Of a DNA stretch of 64,000 nt, positions 41,674 to 53,304 are shown piece by piece; position 1 is the stretch's first letter, and every line of letters begins with the position of its first letter. The stretch spans positions 1,248,001-1,312,000 of the forward strand of contig CAWJPJ010000007.1 of assembly GCA_963844715.1 (NCBI GenBank), in the 5' to 3' direction. The notes beneath the pieces are model-generated. The model searched no databases, had not been told where the DNA came from, and saw only the letters and a program-made list of their open reading frames with translations. Source of the stretch: an uncultured Phycisphaerales bacterium. Its GTDB lineage: Bacteria; Planctomycetota; Phycisphaerae; Tepidisphaerales; Tepidisphaeraceae. The translations under genes were made by a program, and so were the position numbers.

Positions 41674-41705
41674 AAAGTAAGACATAGTTGCCTTGGTGTC
41701 AACTA
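41674..41705 (-). promoter_or_regulatory. Sigma70-type promoter with overlapping palindromic operator
   Basis: Minus strand TTGACA (41702-41697), 17 nt, TACTTT (41679-41674). The palindrome TAGTTG-N9-CAACTA (41685-41705) overlaps the -35. Confidence 0.6.
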
Positions 41706-41757
41706 AAAAATGAAAAGAAAGGAAAAAGTTGTCGGTATGGCATTTTATGGGGTGCCG

Positions 41758-44353
41758 TCATGGGTATTGGGATATCGACGCTTGGCGGATCCGGAGTGGG
41801 GAATCAGTGGGGCGGAGGAAGAGGGTGATTGTGTTGTCGGAGCCGCGGGCGACGTTCAGCCAGCATTCGGGGAGGTAGAAGTCCTTTTGGGGGCCGACCT
41901 CCCAATATCGGCCGAGGGCCTGGCCGTTGAGGTAAAGGAAGCCGTTGCCGGCGGCGTCGAGATGCAGACGCCAGGGGCCGGGTTGCGGCGGAATCTGCAC
42001 ATGCATTCGAATCCAGATCGGGTGGATGGGGTCGGAATCAGGCGGGTCGAGTTTGTCGCCGACGGTCGCGGATTGCCAATCGCTTTCGTCGAGGTTGGAT
42101 TGGAACCAGTTTTGGGAGAGGCCGGCGCTTTGGCCGGAGATTTCCCATTGCACGGGGAGCGGGTGGGGATGACGGGTGGAATCAAGTTCCGCACCGCCGC
42201 TGATGCCCGCGGAGGAATCGCCCGGGGCGAAGGTGATATCGATTTCGTTTTTTCCGGCGCGGAGAATTTTTGCCAGGTTCTGTTTGCGCTGGAGCCGGCC
42301 GAGATTTTTTCCGTTTACGATGAGGGTGGCCTGGCCGCGGATGTGGCCGACCGTGAAGAGGGTCGCTCCCGCGCGGAGGTCTTCGTGGGATAAGTCGAAA
42401 GGTCTTTGGATGGTGACGGTTTGATGCGCGGGGGCTTGTTTGGGGTCGTCGTTGATGTTGATCCAGCGTTCGGTGTTGCCGGCGCCGATTCCCCAATAGT
42501 CGAATGTGATCGGGAGGAATCGGAAATCGCTGATCATGGGATCGTGGAGTCCGGTGCGAGCGTCAAGATCGTCGCCCCCGTTGGGGCGTCCGCCGTCTTC
42601 GTAGAGGAGAGTGAGGATGCCATCGCCGGAGGGGGTCGGGGAAATCGACCCGGCGACCAAACGCGAATCATGGCGGGAGACGTTCGCGCGTTTTCCGTCG
42701 AGTTCGGCGATAAAGGAGTCCTGGTCGGGTAGGGAGGCGCTGAGAAGTAAATTTTTGCCGAACGTGCTTTCGTCTAGGCAGGCTCGATACCAGATGAATC
42801 TTCGATCGAATATTCCGAAGTCCTCGACGCCTTGCCCTTGGGCGAGGGGCTGCCAATCCAGGTCGGCGGGGCCCGGCTCAACTTTAATTCGCATGGAAGT
42901 GATCGGGATGCTCAGAATTTGAGGTTGATTCGCCGGGGCCAGAATTTCCCTGGGATAGCGCTCGCCTTGAGATGTGCTGGTGGCGCTTGGAGGAAGATAG
43001 ATGACCTGCGCCGAAGGGTTTCAAATCGTAATCGGCCGCGATTGTTGCCGATGCGGCGGGGCTGCTGATGTGAAGGTTGCCGTGCATGCCTTCAGTTCGG
43101 CGGTTATTCAAAAGAAAGAGAAAGCGCGATCCGTCTAGGGCGCGGCGGAGGATGACGGTTAGATCGTCGGGGGCATCGGCGACGTCGATCGATTCGGCGT
43201 CGGTGCGCGCCAGGGTCGGGCCGTGAAGGCGGATGAAATCACCGAGGCTTTTTACGGCGAAATATCTGGGGCTGGCAGCGCCCCATTCCCGGACCGGGGC
43301 GGCGTAATCGTAGGTGGTGGTGATTCCCGCTGCGGCCCAATCGCCGAAGTTGGTGCCGCCGAAGCCCATGTAATAATTGGTGCCGGAGTAACCGTGGGCC
43401 CACGCCAGCAGAGTGACATGTGCGATTTGCTCGGGCGTGTATCCCTTGTCGGCGCTCAATTTTTCGCCGGGGCCGAATTGTGCGAACCAGCCGCCTTGCA
43501 GCTCGGTGACCATGCGGGGTTTTTCGGGCTGGTAATCGTCTAGCATGGTGAGGTTATGCAATTCGCTGCCCGGGTCGTAGTTGGGATAGGTGTTGCGGCA
43601 TTCGGTGACGTTCTGGCGGAGAAAGGGGTCCTGGCGGAAAAGGGGATCATCTGTCATGCAAGTGATAAGAGGGACGTCGATTCCGAAATCCCGAGCGTCA
43701 TGAGCGAGGGCGACGAGCTGGTTGCGCTTTACCTCAGCGCTGAAGGGGGCGTACATGTATTCGTTTTCGATTTGCCAGAGGATGATGCCGGGGTCGCCGG
43801 GCGGCTCGTGGGTGATTTGATAGGGGGCGGCGACGGTGGCGACGGACTGGTACCAGTGGCGGCACCATTGGAGATAGGCGGGATCGTCGCCGCGAAGCCA
43901 GCGTCCCTGGCGGACAGTTGCCGGGCGGCGGGTGACGAGCCACTGGGGATAGCCGCCCCCGTCCCATTCGGCGCAGATGTAAGGACCTGGGCGGAGGATG
44001 ACGTTGAATTTGAAGCGGTGGATCGCCATGTCGAGCCAATCGTCGAGATCGGACATATCGACTTGCGAGAAATCGGCGGGATCGACCGGCGGCGTGCGCT
44101 CATGCCAGTTCCAGGCGACGTAGGTTTCGACGGTATTGAACCCGGCATCCTTCAGGGTTTGAAAACGCTTTTCCCAAAGGGGTTTTGGGCAGCGGAAATA
44201 ATGGAACGCGGAGCTAAAGACGAAGGTGTCTTTGCCGTCAATTTTGTAGCAGTGGCTGTCGAAGGAAAGTCTCGGGGGCGGTGGGACGGTTGCGCAACCG
44301 GTGACGATGAACAATGTGAGAAACGCCGGCCAGACATCCATTCCTCGCCGCAT
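41758..44353 (-). CDS. GH35 beta-galactosidase-like lipoprotein (frameshifts ~42900-43010)
   Basis: FHYFR, GFNTVETYVAWNWHE, RPGPYICAEWDGGGYP, QIENEY, ELQGGWF, YYMGFGGTNFG; C-terminus YLNGQALGRYW.VGPQ. Confidence 0.85.
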
Positions 44354-44433
44354 AGGGAAAACTCCTGTGCGATGAATTTATCATGGGGGCCGGGGCATTT
44401 CGATTGAGCGCGGGTACAATTGCGGCGATTACC

Positions 44434-46812
44434 ATGCCGGACCCGATCGCGCAGACATTTGATCAGGCTATCGAGCATCATCGTGCGGGGCGGCTGAGCG
44501 AAGCGCGGGCGCTTTACCTTCAAGTTCTCGACTCCGAATCGGACCACCCCGAGGCATTGCATCTGTTGGGCGTGACGAATTTGCAAAGCGGAAAGACGGC
44601 GGAGGCGCTGGAAATGGTGCGTCGCGCGGCGGAATTGAAGCCGCAGATGGCGCGGTATCAGATCAGTCTGGGGCAGGTTTTGGCCGCGATGGGGCGACAG
44701 GAGGATGCGCTGGCGGCGCATGAGCGGGCGGCGCAGCTTCAGCCGGATTTACCGGAGGCTTGGTTTGGGTGGGGTACGGCGCTTCAGGCGCTGGGACGGC
44801 ATCAGGAGGCGATCGACGTTTATCGGCGCGTGATCCGGCTTCGGCCGGATCATGTGGATGCGCTGAACAATCTGGGCAACGCGCTGCATGTGCTGGGTCG
44901 GACGCCCGATGCAATTGACGTGTATCGCAAGGCGATCGAGATCAGGCCGGAATCGCCGGCGATTTTTAACAACCTGGGGATAGCGCTACAAAAGTCGGGG
45001 CGACTCGATGAGGCGATCGCGGCGTTTGGGCGATCGATTGAGTTGCGGCCGGATTTTGCCGGGGCGAGCAATAATTTGGGCTGTGCGCTGACCGATGCGC
45101 GGCGATTGGACGACGCCGTGGGCGTTCTTCGGCGGGCCATCGAATTGCAGCCGGTATTCGCCGAGGCGTGGTACAACCTGGGAAATGCGCTGAAAAAGCG
45201 CGGAGATTTTGGCGATGCCGTGGCCGCGTATCGGCGCGCGATCGAACTCAAATCGGATTATGCCGAGGCATACACGAATCTGGGGAATGCGCTTTCAGGC
45301 CGTGCGCGAGTATGCCGAGGCGGCCCAGACGTATCGGAAGGCGCTGGCGCTGCGGCCTGCGCAATGCGGAGGTGCAGAATAATCTGGGGAGCGTCCTGCG
45401 GACGATGGGGCAACTCGATGAGGCGATCGCGGCGTTCAAGGCGGGGCTTTTTTTCCGACCGGATTATCACATCCTCTATTGCAATCTGGGAAACGCTCTG
45501 AAAGACGCTGGGCGATTGGATGAGGCGATCGCGGCGTATCGGCGCGCGGTCGAGCTGCATCCCTCGGATTGGATTTCGCACAGCAATCTGGTTTACAGCG
45601 TCTATTACAGTTCAGATTACGATTCGGCGGCGATTTTGCGCGAGAATTTGCGGTTTGGGGCGATGCATGCGGCAAGGCTGGGACAGAATGTTGCAGCGCA
45701 TGCAAACAGCCGGGATCCGAAACGGCGGATTCGGATTGGATATGTGGGGTCGGATTTTCGGGATCACTGCCAATCATTTTTCACAATTCCGCTCTTTTCT
45801 AACCACGATCACGAACATTTTGAGATTTTCTGTTACGCGAACGTCGGGCGTCCGGACGGCGCGACGGAGAGAATCAAAGGATATATGGGTCAGTGGCGGA
45901 GCATTGTGGGGATGACCGATGCGGAAGTTGCCGAGAAGATTCGCGCCGATGGGATCGATATCGCGGTCGACCTGACGATGCATATGTCGAATGGGCGATT
46001 GCTGGCGCTGGCGCGGCGGCCGGCGCCGGTGCAGGTGACTTATCTGGCGTATCCGGGGACGACGGGGGTTTCGGCGATCGACTATCGGCTGACCGATCCT
46101 TATCTCGATCCGGCGGGGGATAGCGATTTGAATTACTGCGAAAAATCCATTCGGCTCGAGGCAGGCGTTTTGGTGTTACGATCCTTTGACTGAGACTCCG
46201 GAGGTGCAAGCACCCCCCGCTTCGCGGAACGGGTATGTGACGTTTGGCTGCTTGAATAATTTTTGCAAGGTGACCCGAGAGACGCTGGATTTATGGGGGA
46301 CAGTGCTGCGGGCGATTCCGGATTCGAAAATGATCCTGCTCTGCCCGTTGGGGTCGCAGCGCGATCAGTTGCTGGATGAATTTCGGATGCGCGGGGTGCA
46401 TCCAGGCCGGATCGAAATGGCGCCTTACCAGGCCCGGGAAAAATATCTCGAGACTTATCAGCGAATCGATATTGGATTGGATACGCTGCCGTATAACGGT
46501 CATACCACGAGTCTTGATTCGTTTTGGATGGGCGTCCCGGTCATTACACGAGTGGGCCGGACGGCGGTGGGGCGCGGGGGGTGGAGTCAATTGTCTAATC
46601 TTGCCTTACCGGAACTTGCTGCCTGGAGTGACGAAGAATTCACGCAAGTAGCTATCCATTGGTCATCGGATTTGAACCGCCTGGCGGAGATGCGGGCGAC
46701 GCTTCGAGATAGGATGCGGAATTCTCCGCTGATGAACGGGGGGCGTTTCGCCAAAAACGTGGAGGCGATTTATCGAACGATCTGGCGGGAATGGTGCGCG
46801 CCTGGCGATTGA
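44434..46812 (+). CDS. TPR-repeat O-GlcNAc transferase-like (GT41/SPINDLY family) protein (2 frameshifts)
   Basis: About 10 TPRs, then RIRIGYVGSDFRDH, IRADGIDIAVDL, PAPVQVTYLAYPGTTG, FGCLNNFCK and LDTLPYNGHTTSLD. Confidence 0.9.
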
Positions 46813-46813
46813 A

Positions 46814-47164
46814 GTGATTCAGCGCGAGGGATCGGTGGAGCTGGCGGTGAAAGTCGTTCCCCGCGCGTCGCGGGATCGGATAGTTGGCTTTTACGGCAAC
46901 AGAGTAAAAGTTACTACAAGCCGTCCCGCGCAAAAGGGGGAGGCGAACGACGCAGTTGTGCGGTTGCTTGCCGAGGCGCTGGGGGTTCCGGCTGGTGTGA
47001 TTCAGATCACGCGCGGGGGTTCGAGCCCATTTAAGACGGTTGGAATTAGAGGTGTGAGCGCTAAATTGGTGCGGGCGGGTTTAGAGGGGGCCATAAAAAG
47101 AAAAAGACCCGCAGGGGGCAGAGAGGGGGGGAACTCTGCCGGGGATCCTGCGGGTCGTAAGTAA
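46814..47164 (+). CDS. DUF167 (YggU) family protein
   Basis: LAVKVVPRASRD...GEANDAVVRLLAEALGV...ITRG.SS..K pattern. Confidence 0.8.
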   Translation: MIQREGSVELAVKVVPRASRDRIVGFYGNRVKVTTSRPAQKGEANDAVVRLLAEALGVPAGVIQITRGGSSPFKTVGIRGVSAKLVRAGLEGAIKRKRPAGGREGGNSAGDPAGRK

Positions 47165-47189
47165 ATCTCTTACCTTATATTTCGAGAAT

Positions 47190-47810
47190 TTACAACATTT
47201 TTGCAAAATTCTTTTCCAAATTGACGGTTATGAGGTCTTCCGGGCAGTCCAAGTCGATCGCGCCTTCGGGCCAAGGGAGAAGGGCAAGATCGGCTTGATC
47301 GTCCGATAACAATTGTTTCGCGCCTGAACTATCTGCGATGTTGAGGAGCCCCACGAATTTCCGGCGGGCGAAGCAGCAGGGAGTGCCGAAGGTTCCGGAA
47401 TAGGAGCACGCCGCCATCGATTTTCCGCTTTCCCACCATCTGGCTATCAAGCTGCGGAGCACTTCGCCGGTCATATATGGCTGGTCACATACGACTATGA
47501 CGGCGCCGGCCACCGGAGCCGGTTCGGACTCGAGCGCCGTTATGCCGGCTCGAAGGGACGATCCGATGCCGGCTGCCCAGTTCGAGTTTTGAATCGGCCG
47601 GGTGGGGAGATCGTTCAATTCGGAAATCACCCGCTCGGAATTAAATCCGGTTACCACGATTATGGGACTGCACCCCGCGTCGATTGCGGCCTGAGCCGCG
47701 CGGCGGATAAGGGACTGACCTTCAAATCGAAGAAGTTGTTTGGGTTGCCCCATGCGCCGCGATTCTCCGGCGGCGAGGATAACGGCTGCGATTTTTTCGC
47801 GGGGGTTCAC
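47190..47810 (-). CDS. Molybdenum cofactor cytidylyltransferase (MocA-like) nucleotidyltransferase
   Basis: ILAAGESRRMGQPKQLL, GIGSSLRAG, CDQP and IDLDCPED motifs. Its GTG start overlaps the xdhC stop. Confidence 0.85.
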   Translation of the reverse strand: MNPREKIAAVILAAGESRRMGQPKQLLRFEGQSLIRRAAQAAIDAGCSPIIVVTGFNSERVISELNDLPTRPIQNSNWAAGIGSSLRAGITALESEPAPVAGAVIVVCDQPYMTGEVLRSLIARWWESGKSMAACSYSGTFGTPCCFARRKFVGLLNIADSSGAKQLLSDDQADLALLPWPEGAIDLDCPEDLITVNLEKNFAKML

Positions 47811-48886
47811 TTCCACGCGGTCCCGGCTTTCGAATCGCGGCGGTCGAAACCGTGGATGGGACCGGAGCGGTCGCGGAGATGTCCGCCGGTCCGACCGGCG
47901 AAGACAGCTTGAATCTCGGCGACGATTGCCAGCGCGATTTGCTGCGGGGATTGGGCGCCGACATCCAAGCCGATGGGCCAAAACAATCGGCGCGCGAGAT
48001 CGGGACTCTGCCAGTCCGCTCCAGATGCCGCCAGGAGTCGGCGCGTTCTGTGACGCGGGCCGAGGATTCCAATGTAGAGGGGCGGATGGTTCAGGACCTG
48101 TCGAAGGACGGCCAGATCGCGGCGATAGTCGTGGGCCATGACGACGGCGGCGGCATCTTCGGCGGTTTGCGCAATCGAATCGGATCGGCCGACGACCGTG
48201 ACATGCCAGCCCAGAAGTCGGGCCATTTCGGCCAGCGGCGCGACATCGCGGCCGTCGCCGAAAATCGTCAAGGATTGCGGCGGTGAAATGCGCTCGATGA
48301 GGACGTCGGCGATGGCGCCGTTGGTTGCCTTGATTCTCAGCAGGTGAGCGCCGCTTTGATGTCGGGAGAATTCGCTGAGAATTCTCTGGCGAATGAGGGG
48401 ATCGCCGACATTACCCACGGGGTCGTGGCCGTCGAATTGGGTCATTCGCTGTACATCGGTGAGCGGATCGATGCGGACGATCGTTGCGACGCTGGCGCTG
48501 AGTCGTTCTTTGAGGGCGCGGGCGAGAACTGGAAGAGGGCCGGGGGATTGGCGGTTGACGGGCTCGATGAAGACGTCGATGCGTCCGCCGCAGCCGAGGG
48601 ACGCTCCGGGGTCGCGAAGTTCATCTTCGGGATCGCGCGGGGATTCGTAGCAACACACGTCGGGCTTGCCGGTATCGATGACCAGTCGGGCTCGGCGGGC
48701 GACATCGCGATCGAGACAGCCGCCGCTGATGGCGCCCCAGGCGCGGCCGTCGGCGGCAACGAGCATGCGAGCCCCGGGGCGGCGGTAGGCGGAGCCTTCC
48801 ACCGCGGCGATGGTTGCGAGCGCGGCGGGACTGCCTGATGCGCACAGGGCGTCGAACGCCTGGATCATTTGTTCAAGCTCGTTCAC
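47807..48886 (-). CDS. xdhC: XdhC/CoxI family molybdoenzyme maturation factor
   Basis: GSAYRRPGARM, ISGGCL, LGCGGRIDVFIE, YIGILGPRHR and PIGLDVGAQSPQQIALAIVAEI motifs. Confidence 0.9.
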   Translation of the reverse strand: MNELEQMIQAFDALCASGSPAALATIAAVEGSAYRRPGARMLVAADGRAWGAISGGCLDRDVARRARLVIDTGKPDVCCYESPRDPEDELRDPGASLGCGGRIDVFIEPVNRQSPGPLPVLARALKERLSASVATIVRIDPLTDVQRMTQFDGHDPVGNVGDPLIRQRILSEFSRHQSGAHLLRIKATNGAIADVLIERISPPQSLTIFGDGRDVAPLAEMARLLGWHVTVVGRSDSIAQTAEDAAAVVMAHDYRRDLAVLRQVLNHPPLYIGILGPRHRTRRLLAASGADWQSPDLARRLFWPIGLDVGAQSPQQIALAIVAEIQAVFAGRTGGHLRDRSGPIHGFDRRDSKAGTAWK

Positions 48887-48995
48887 TCGCCTCTTTAGCA
48901 TAGTCACGTTTCGGCGACATGCGAAATGCACAATCATTTGCAGTTTTTGGCTGGGGCCATAGATTGTGCGGAGACGAACTAAACCAAGGCGGCGG

Positions 48996-49874
48996 ATGGC
49001 TGGCGAGGCGGAATTCTTCGGCGGGATCATCGTTCCGATGGTCAGTCCGTTCACGCCGGACGGGCATGTGGACATCCCCGCGGTTTCGCGGCTCGTGTCC
49101 CGGCTGGTGGGGCAGGGAGTGCAGGGGATTTTTGTGCTGGGAACCACCGGGGAGGGGCTCTCGATGCAACGGTATCAGCGGAGCCAGATTGCTTACGAGG
49201 CGGCCGCGGCGATCTCGCGGCAGCCGCGAAAAGCGGCTTTGTACGCCGGGATTTCCGGGAACTGCCTGGCGGATTCGATCGAAGCGGCCGAGATGTGGAA
49301 GCAGGCGGGCGCCGACGCCGTGGTGGCTCATCCGCCGTTTTATTTTCCGATTTCGGACTCGATGCTGGAGAAGTATTTTCAGGAACTGGGGGATCGCTCG
49401 CCGCTGCCGCTGCTGCTTTATAATATTCCGCAGACCACGCATGTTTCGATCCCGCTGGAGACGATTTCGCGGCTGAGCAAGCATCCGAACATCATCGGCA
49501 TAAAGGATTCGCAGCGCGATTTGCCGCGGCTGACGAAATTGATCGAAGAGCACCGGGATTCGGCGTTTCGCGCTTTGGCCGGGTCGATTTCCTTGGCTTG
49601 CGAGTGCCTGAAGCTTGGAGCGCACGGACTGGTTCCGAGCACGGCGAATCTCGCGGCGGAGATTTATGTCGGGATGCTTAACGCGGCGCGGGCCGGCAAT
49701 TGGGCGGAGGCGGAGAAGCTTCAAACTGAATCGGATCGGCTGTCGGCGCAATACCAGCAGGGGGTTTCGCTGGGCGAGTCAATCGCGAAGTTGAAATTGC
49801 TCATGTCGCGGCAGGGGATTTGTTCCCCGCGCGTGCTTCCTCCTTTGCAAACTCAAAGCGAAACATGTGGCTGA
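48996..49874 (+). CDS. Dihydrodipicolinate synthase / N-acetylneuraminate lyase family aldolase
   Basis: GIIVPMVSPF, LGTTGE, LLYNIP and IIGIKDS motifs. Confidence 0.9.
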   Translation: MAGEAEFFGGIIVPMVSPFTPDGHVDIPAVSRLVSRLVGQGVQGIFVLGTTGEGLSMQRYQRSQIAYEAAAAISRQPRKAALYAGISGNCLADSIEAAEMWKQAGADAVVAHPPFYFPISDSMLEKYFQELGDRSPLPLLLYNIPQTTHVSIPLETISRLSKHPNIIGIKDSQRDLPRLTKLIEEHRDSAFRALAGSISLACECLKLGAHGLVPSTANLAAEIYVGMLNAARAGNWAEAEKLQTESDRLSAQYQQGVSLGESIAKLKLLMSRQGICSPRVLPPLQTQSETCG

Positions 49875-51360
49875 ACTACGCGGTGATCGGCCTGTACTTG
49901 GCCGGCATCTTCGCCATCGCCTTGCATTTTCGCCGCGGACAGACCGATCCCAAAAAATACTATCTCGGCGATTCCCAGCTCCCGGCGTGGGCGATCGGAA
50001 TCTCGCTGATGGCGACCATCATCAGCTCCGTCACCTTCCTGGCGTTTCCGGGGAACGGCTTTTCCGACAACTGGATCCTGCTGGTGCAGGGGCTGATGCT
50101 GCCGCCGGTGATGCTGAGCATTCTGCGGTTTATCGTGCCGGTGTATCGGCGGTTCATTGGAATCAGCTCGTATGAGTATTTCGAAAAGCGGTTTGGATAC
50201 GGGGCGCGGACGTACAGCTCGCTGGCTTTTTTTGGGCGCATTTTTCGAAGATTGGCTTCATCGTTTATCTGATGGCGATGGCCGTGGGACAACTGACGCG
50301 ATTAAGCGTTTACGAGACGATTTTTCTCGTCGGCGCGGTGGCGACGGGGGCGACGCTGATCGGCGGGCTGCAAGCCGTCGTCTGGACTGAAGTGATTCAG
50401 GGTTTCGTGCTGGTCGCGGGCGGCTTGCTTTGCTCGACTCTGCTTTTGTTCAAGGCCACGGGAAACCCGGCGGATGTTTTTCGCGTCGCTCATGCGGCGG
50501 GGAAAATGAGCCTGGGGCCGTATGATTTCACTCTGGCGCGGCGCACGTTCTGGGTATTGGTTTTGAACGGCCTCTTTTACTCACTGCAAAAATACGCGAC
50601 GGATCAAACGGTGGTGCAGCGATTTCTGGCGGCGAAATCGGATCGGGCGGCCATCCGGGCTTCGCTGCTGGGGATGGGATTATGCGTGCCGGTCTGGACG
50701 CTGTTTATGTTCATCGGGACGGAATTGTGGGCGTTTTATAAATTGACGGGCAAGAGTTTGCCGGCGATGAGGCCGGAGGCGGTGTTTCCCTATTTCATTA
50801 AGACGGAACTTCCGGCGGGCGTGATCGGGTTTGTCATCGCCGGATTGATTTCGTCGGCACTGTCGAGTCTGCAATCGGATTTGAACTGCCTGTCGGCGGT
50901 GGTTGTGGAGGATTTCTATCGGCGACTGCGCCCGATGGCGGATGGGAAGGCGCGGCTGCGCGTCGGGAAAATAATCGTGGCCGTGGCGGGAGCCGCGGCG
51001 ATTTGCGCGGCGTGTCTCTATGCCCGGTTCGGAGAGCGAAACGTACTGGCGAATATATTCGACGTTTATGCGATTTTTTCCGGAGGGATCGCCGGGCTGT
51101 TCGCCCTGGCTTTTTTCACCACGCGGGCGAATCGCGGCGGCGTTTGGATGGGCATCATCGCGTGCGTCATCTTTACCGCCTGGACTTTTGCCACCAGTCA
51201 CGGCTTGTTGAATCTCGGCCGGTTCAATTACACGGAGCCGCAGTTGATGGTGGGCGTATACAGCCACCTGGTTCTGTTCGGCGTCGGGTATATTGGCAGT
51301 TACTTCTTCGCCCCGCAGGCGGAAGTGCGGAGCATGACTGTTTATGGCTGGTCTTCGTAA
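49865..51360 (+). CDS. Sodium:solute symporter (frameshift ~50235)
   Basis: GISLMATIISSVTFLAFPG, SSYEYFEKRFG, GGLQAVVWTEVIQ and DQTVVQRFL motifs. Confidence 0.9.
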
Positions 51361-52897
51361 CGCAATCGTCGGTATGGCAATCGCGCATGCTTACGGGATG
51401 CGCCAGCGCACCGAGTCACCCAAGTCCGGTGCTCGAGCCGAAGGCGTTCGAGCATTTCGTCGACACGTTCAACACGATGGAGCCGGAGGGAGTTGTCAAC
51501 GCGATTCCGAACTCCGCCGCTTGGAATTGGATGCAGCAGAACATTCCGCTGTGGGAGTGCCCCGATCCGTGGCTGACGGAGATTTACTATTTCCGCTGGT
51601 GGACGTATCGCAAGCACATCGTGCTGACGCCACAGGGGTTTGTAATCACGGAATTCATCACGCCGGTGTCGCATGCGGGGGCTTACGACACGATCAGTTG
51701 CGCGATCGGGCAGCACATCAATGAGGGGCGGTGGCTGCGCGATGCGGAATATCTGGATGATTATTTGCGGTTCTGGTTTGTTGGCGCGGACGGGAAGGCT
51801 CAGCCGCATTTGCACAAATACAGCGGGTGGGTCCAGTGGGCGGCATATCAGCGCTATCTCGTCACGGGGGAATCGAAAATTCTCATCGAATTGCTGCCGG
51901 CGTTTATCGACGATTATCACAAGTGGGAAATCGAGCGGCTTCAGCCGAGCGGGCTGTTCTGGCAGAAGGATGTCAGCGACGGAATGGAAGAGTCGATCAG
52001 CGGGTCGCGGAAGCTGAAGAACTCGCGGCCGACGATTACCAGCTACATGTACGGGAACGCGATGGCGATCGCGGCGATTGCCGATCTGGCGGGGAAGCCG
52101 GATGTGGCGAAGGAATTCCGGGCCAAGGCGGCGAAGATCAAAGGCCGCGAAGAGGCGATTCTTTGGGACAAGCATGCGGGATTTTTCAAGGTTCTTTTGC
52201 AAGGCGGGAAGATTTCGCCGCGCGCGAGGCGATTGGGTTCATCCCCTGGTATTTCGAATTGCCGGATGACACGGATGAATACGGCGCGGCGTGGAAACAG
52301 TTGACCGATCCGGAAGGGTTCTGGTTGCCATGGGGATTAGCGACGGCCGAGAGGCGCCAGCCGAGCTTTATGATGCGCGTGCATGGGGATTGCGAATGGG
52401 ACGGCGCGGTCTGGCCGTTTGCGACTTCGCAGACCCTGACGGCTTTGGAAAATCTGCTCAACGATTATCAGCATCACTCGATGACGTCTCAGGTGTTTTT
52501 CGATGCGATGGATATCTATGCCAGATCGCACATCATGGATGGGAAGCCTTACATCGGGGAGTATCAGCAGCCTTACACGGGATATTGGCTCAAAGGAAAC
52601 AATCCGCGCAGTCGTTATTACAACCATTCCACTTTTTGTGATCTTGTGATCACGGGGCTGGCGGGTTTGCGGCCTCGGGCGGATGATGTTGTGGAGGTGA
52701 ATCCGCTGGTGCCGGCGGGCGCGTGGCCGTGGTTTTGCCTGGACGGAGTCCCGTATCACGGGCATTTGCTGACGATATTGTGGGACGAAACCGGCATGCG
52801 CTACGGGCGCGGTTCGGGGCTGTCCGTTTTCTGTGACGGGAAGCTGATCGCCCATTCCCCAACTATTTCGAGAGTGACTGGAGTTTTGGGTAAATAA
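51344..52897 (+). CDS. MGH1-like (GH63/trehalase-fold) glycoside hydrolase lipoprotein (frameshifts)
   Basis: YYFRWWTYRKH, DGMEESISG, CEWDGAVWPFATSQTL and YNHSTFCDLVITGL motifs. Confidence 0.75.
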
Positions 52898-53010
52898 TGG
52901 CCGAAAATGGGGTTGCGATATAAGCGACGTTGCCGGTAAATATTTGTTTAGGTGGCACGTTGTAACCGGAAGTATAGGACGAGATTTGAAACCCTTAACA
53001 GGAGGCGCCG

Positions 53011-53283
53011 ATGATTGGCGTTCGCACAGCAGCAATTGTTGGAGTATTGGGACTGGGTCTGGCCGGCGGGATGGCGATCAACACAGTTGCGTCGGGAAAC
53101 CCCGCGCCAATCGCGCTCGATGAGCATCATCCGGAAATTCACGCGGCCATGGATGCGTTGCAGGCCGCGCGCGATCATCTCATGCACGCCGATCGAGATT
53201 TCGACGGGCATCGCACGGCGGCGGTGCACAAGGTCGATGAAGCGCTGGCCGAATGCCAGGCGTGTCTCGATACGGATCACTAG
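53011..53283 (+). CDS. Small secreted His-rich helical protein
   Basis: Signal peptide followed by EHHPEIHAAMDALQAARDHLMHADRDFDGHRTAA. AGGAGG RBS upstream and a terminator downstream. Confidence 0.75.
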   Translation: MIGVRTAAIVGVLGLGLAGGMAINTVASGNPAPIALDEHHPEIHAAMDALQAARDHLMHADRDFDGHRTAAVHKVDEALAECQACLDTDH

Positions 53284-53304
53284 AAATCGAATTCCGAAAG
53301 CACG

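Noticed and set aside
44480..45560. ~102-nt periodic repeats
   Set aside because: Explained by the TPR coding repeats.
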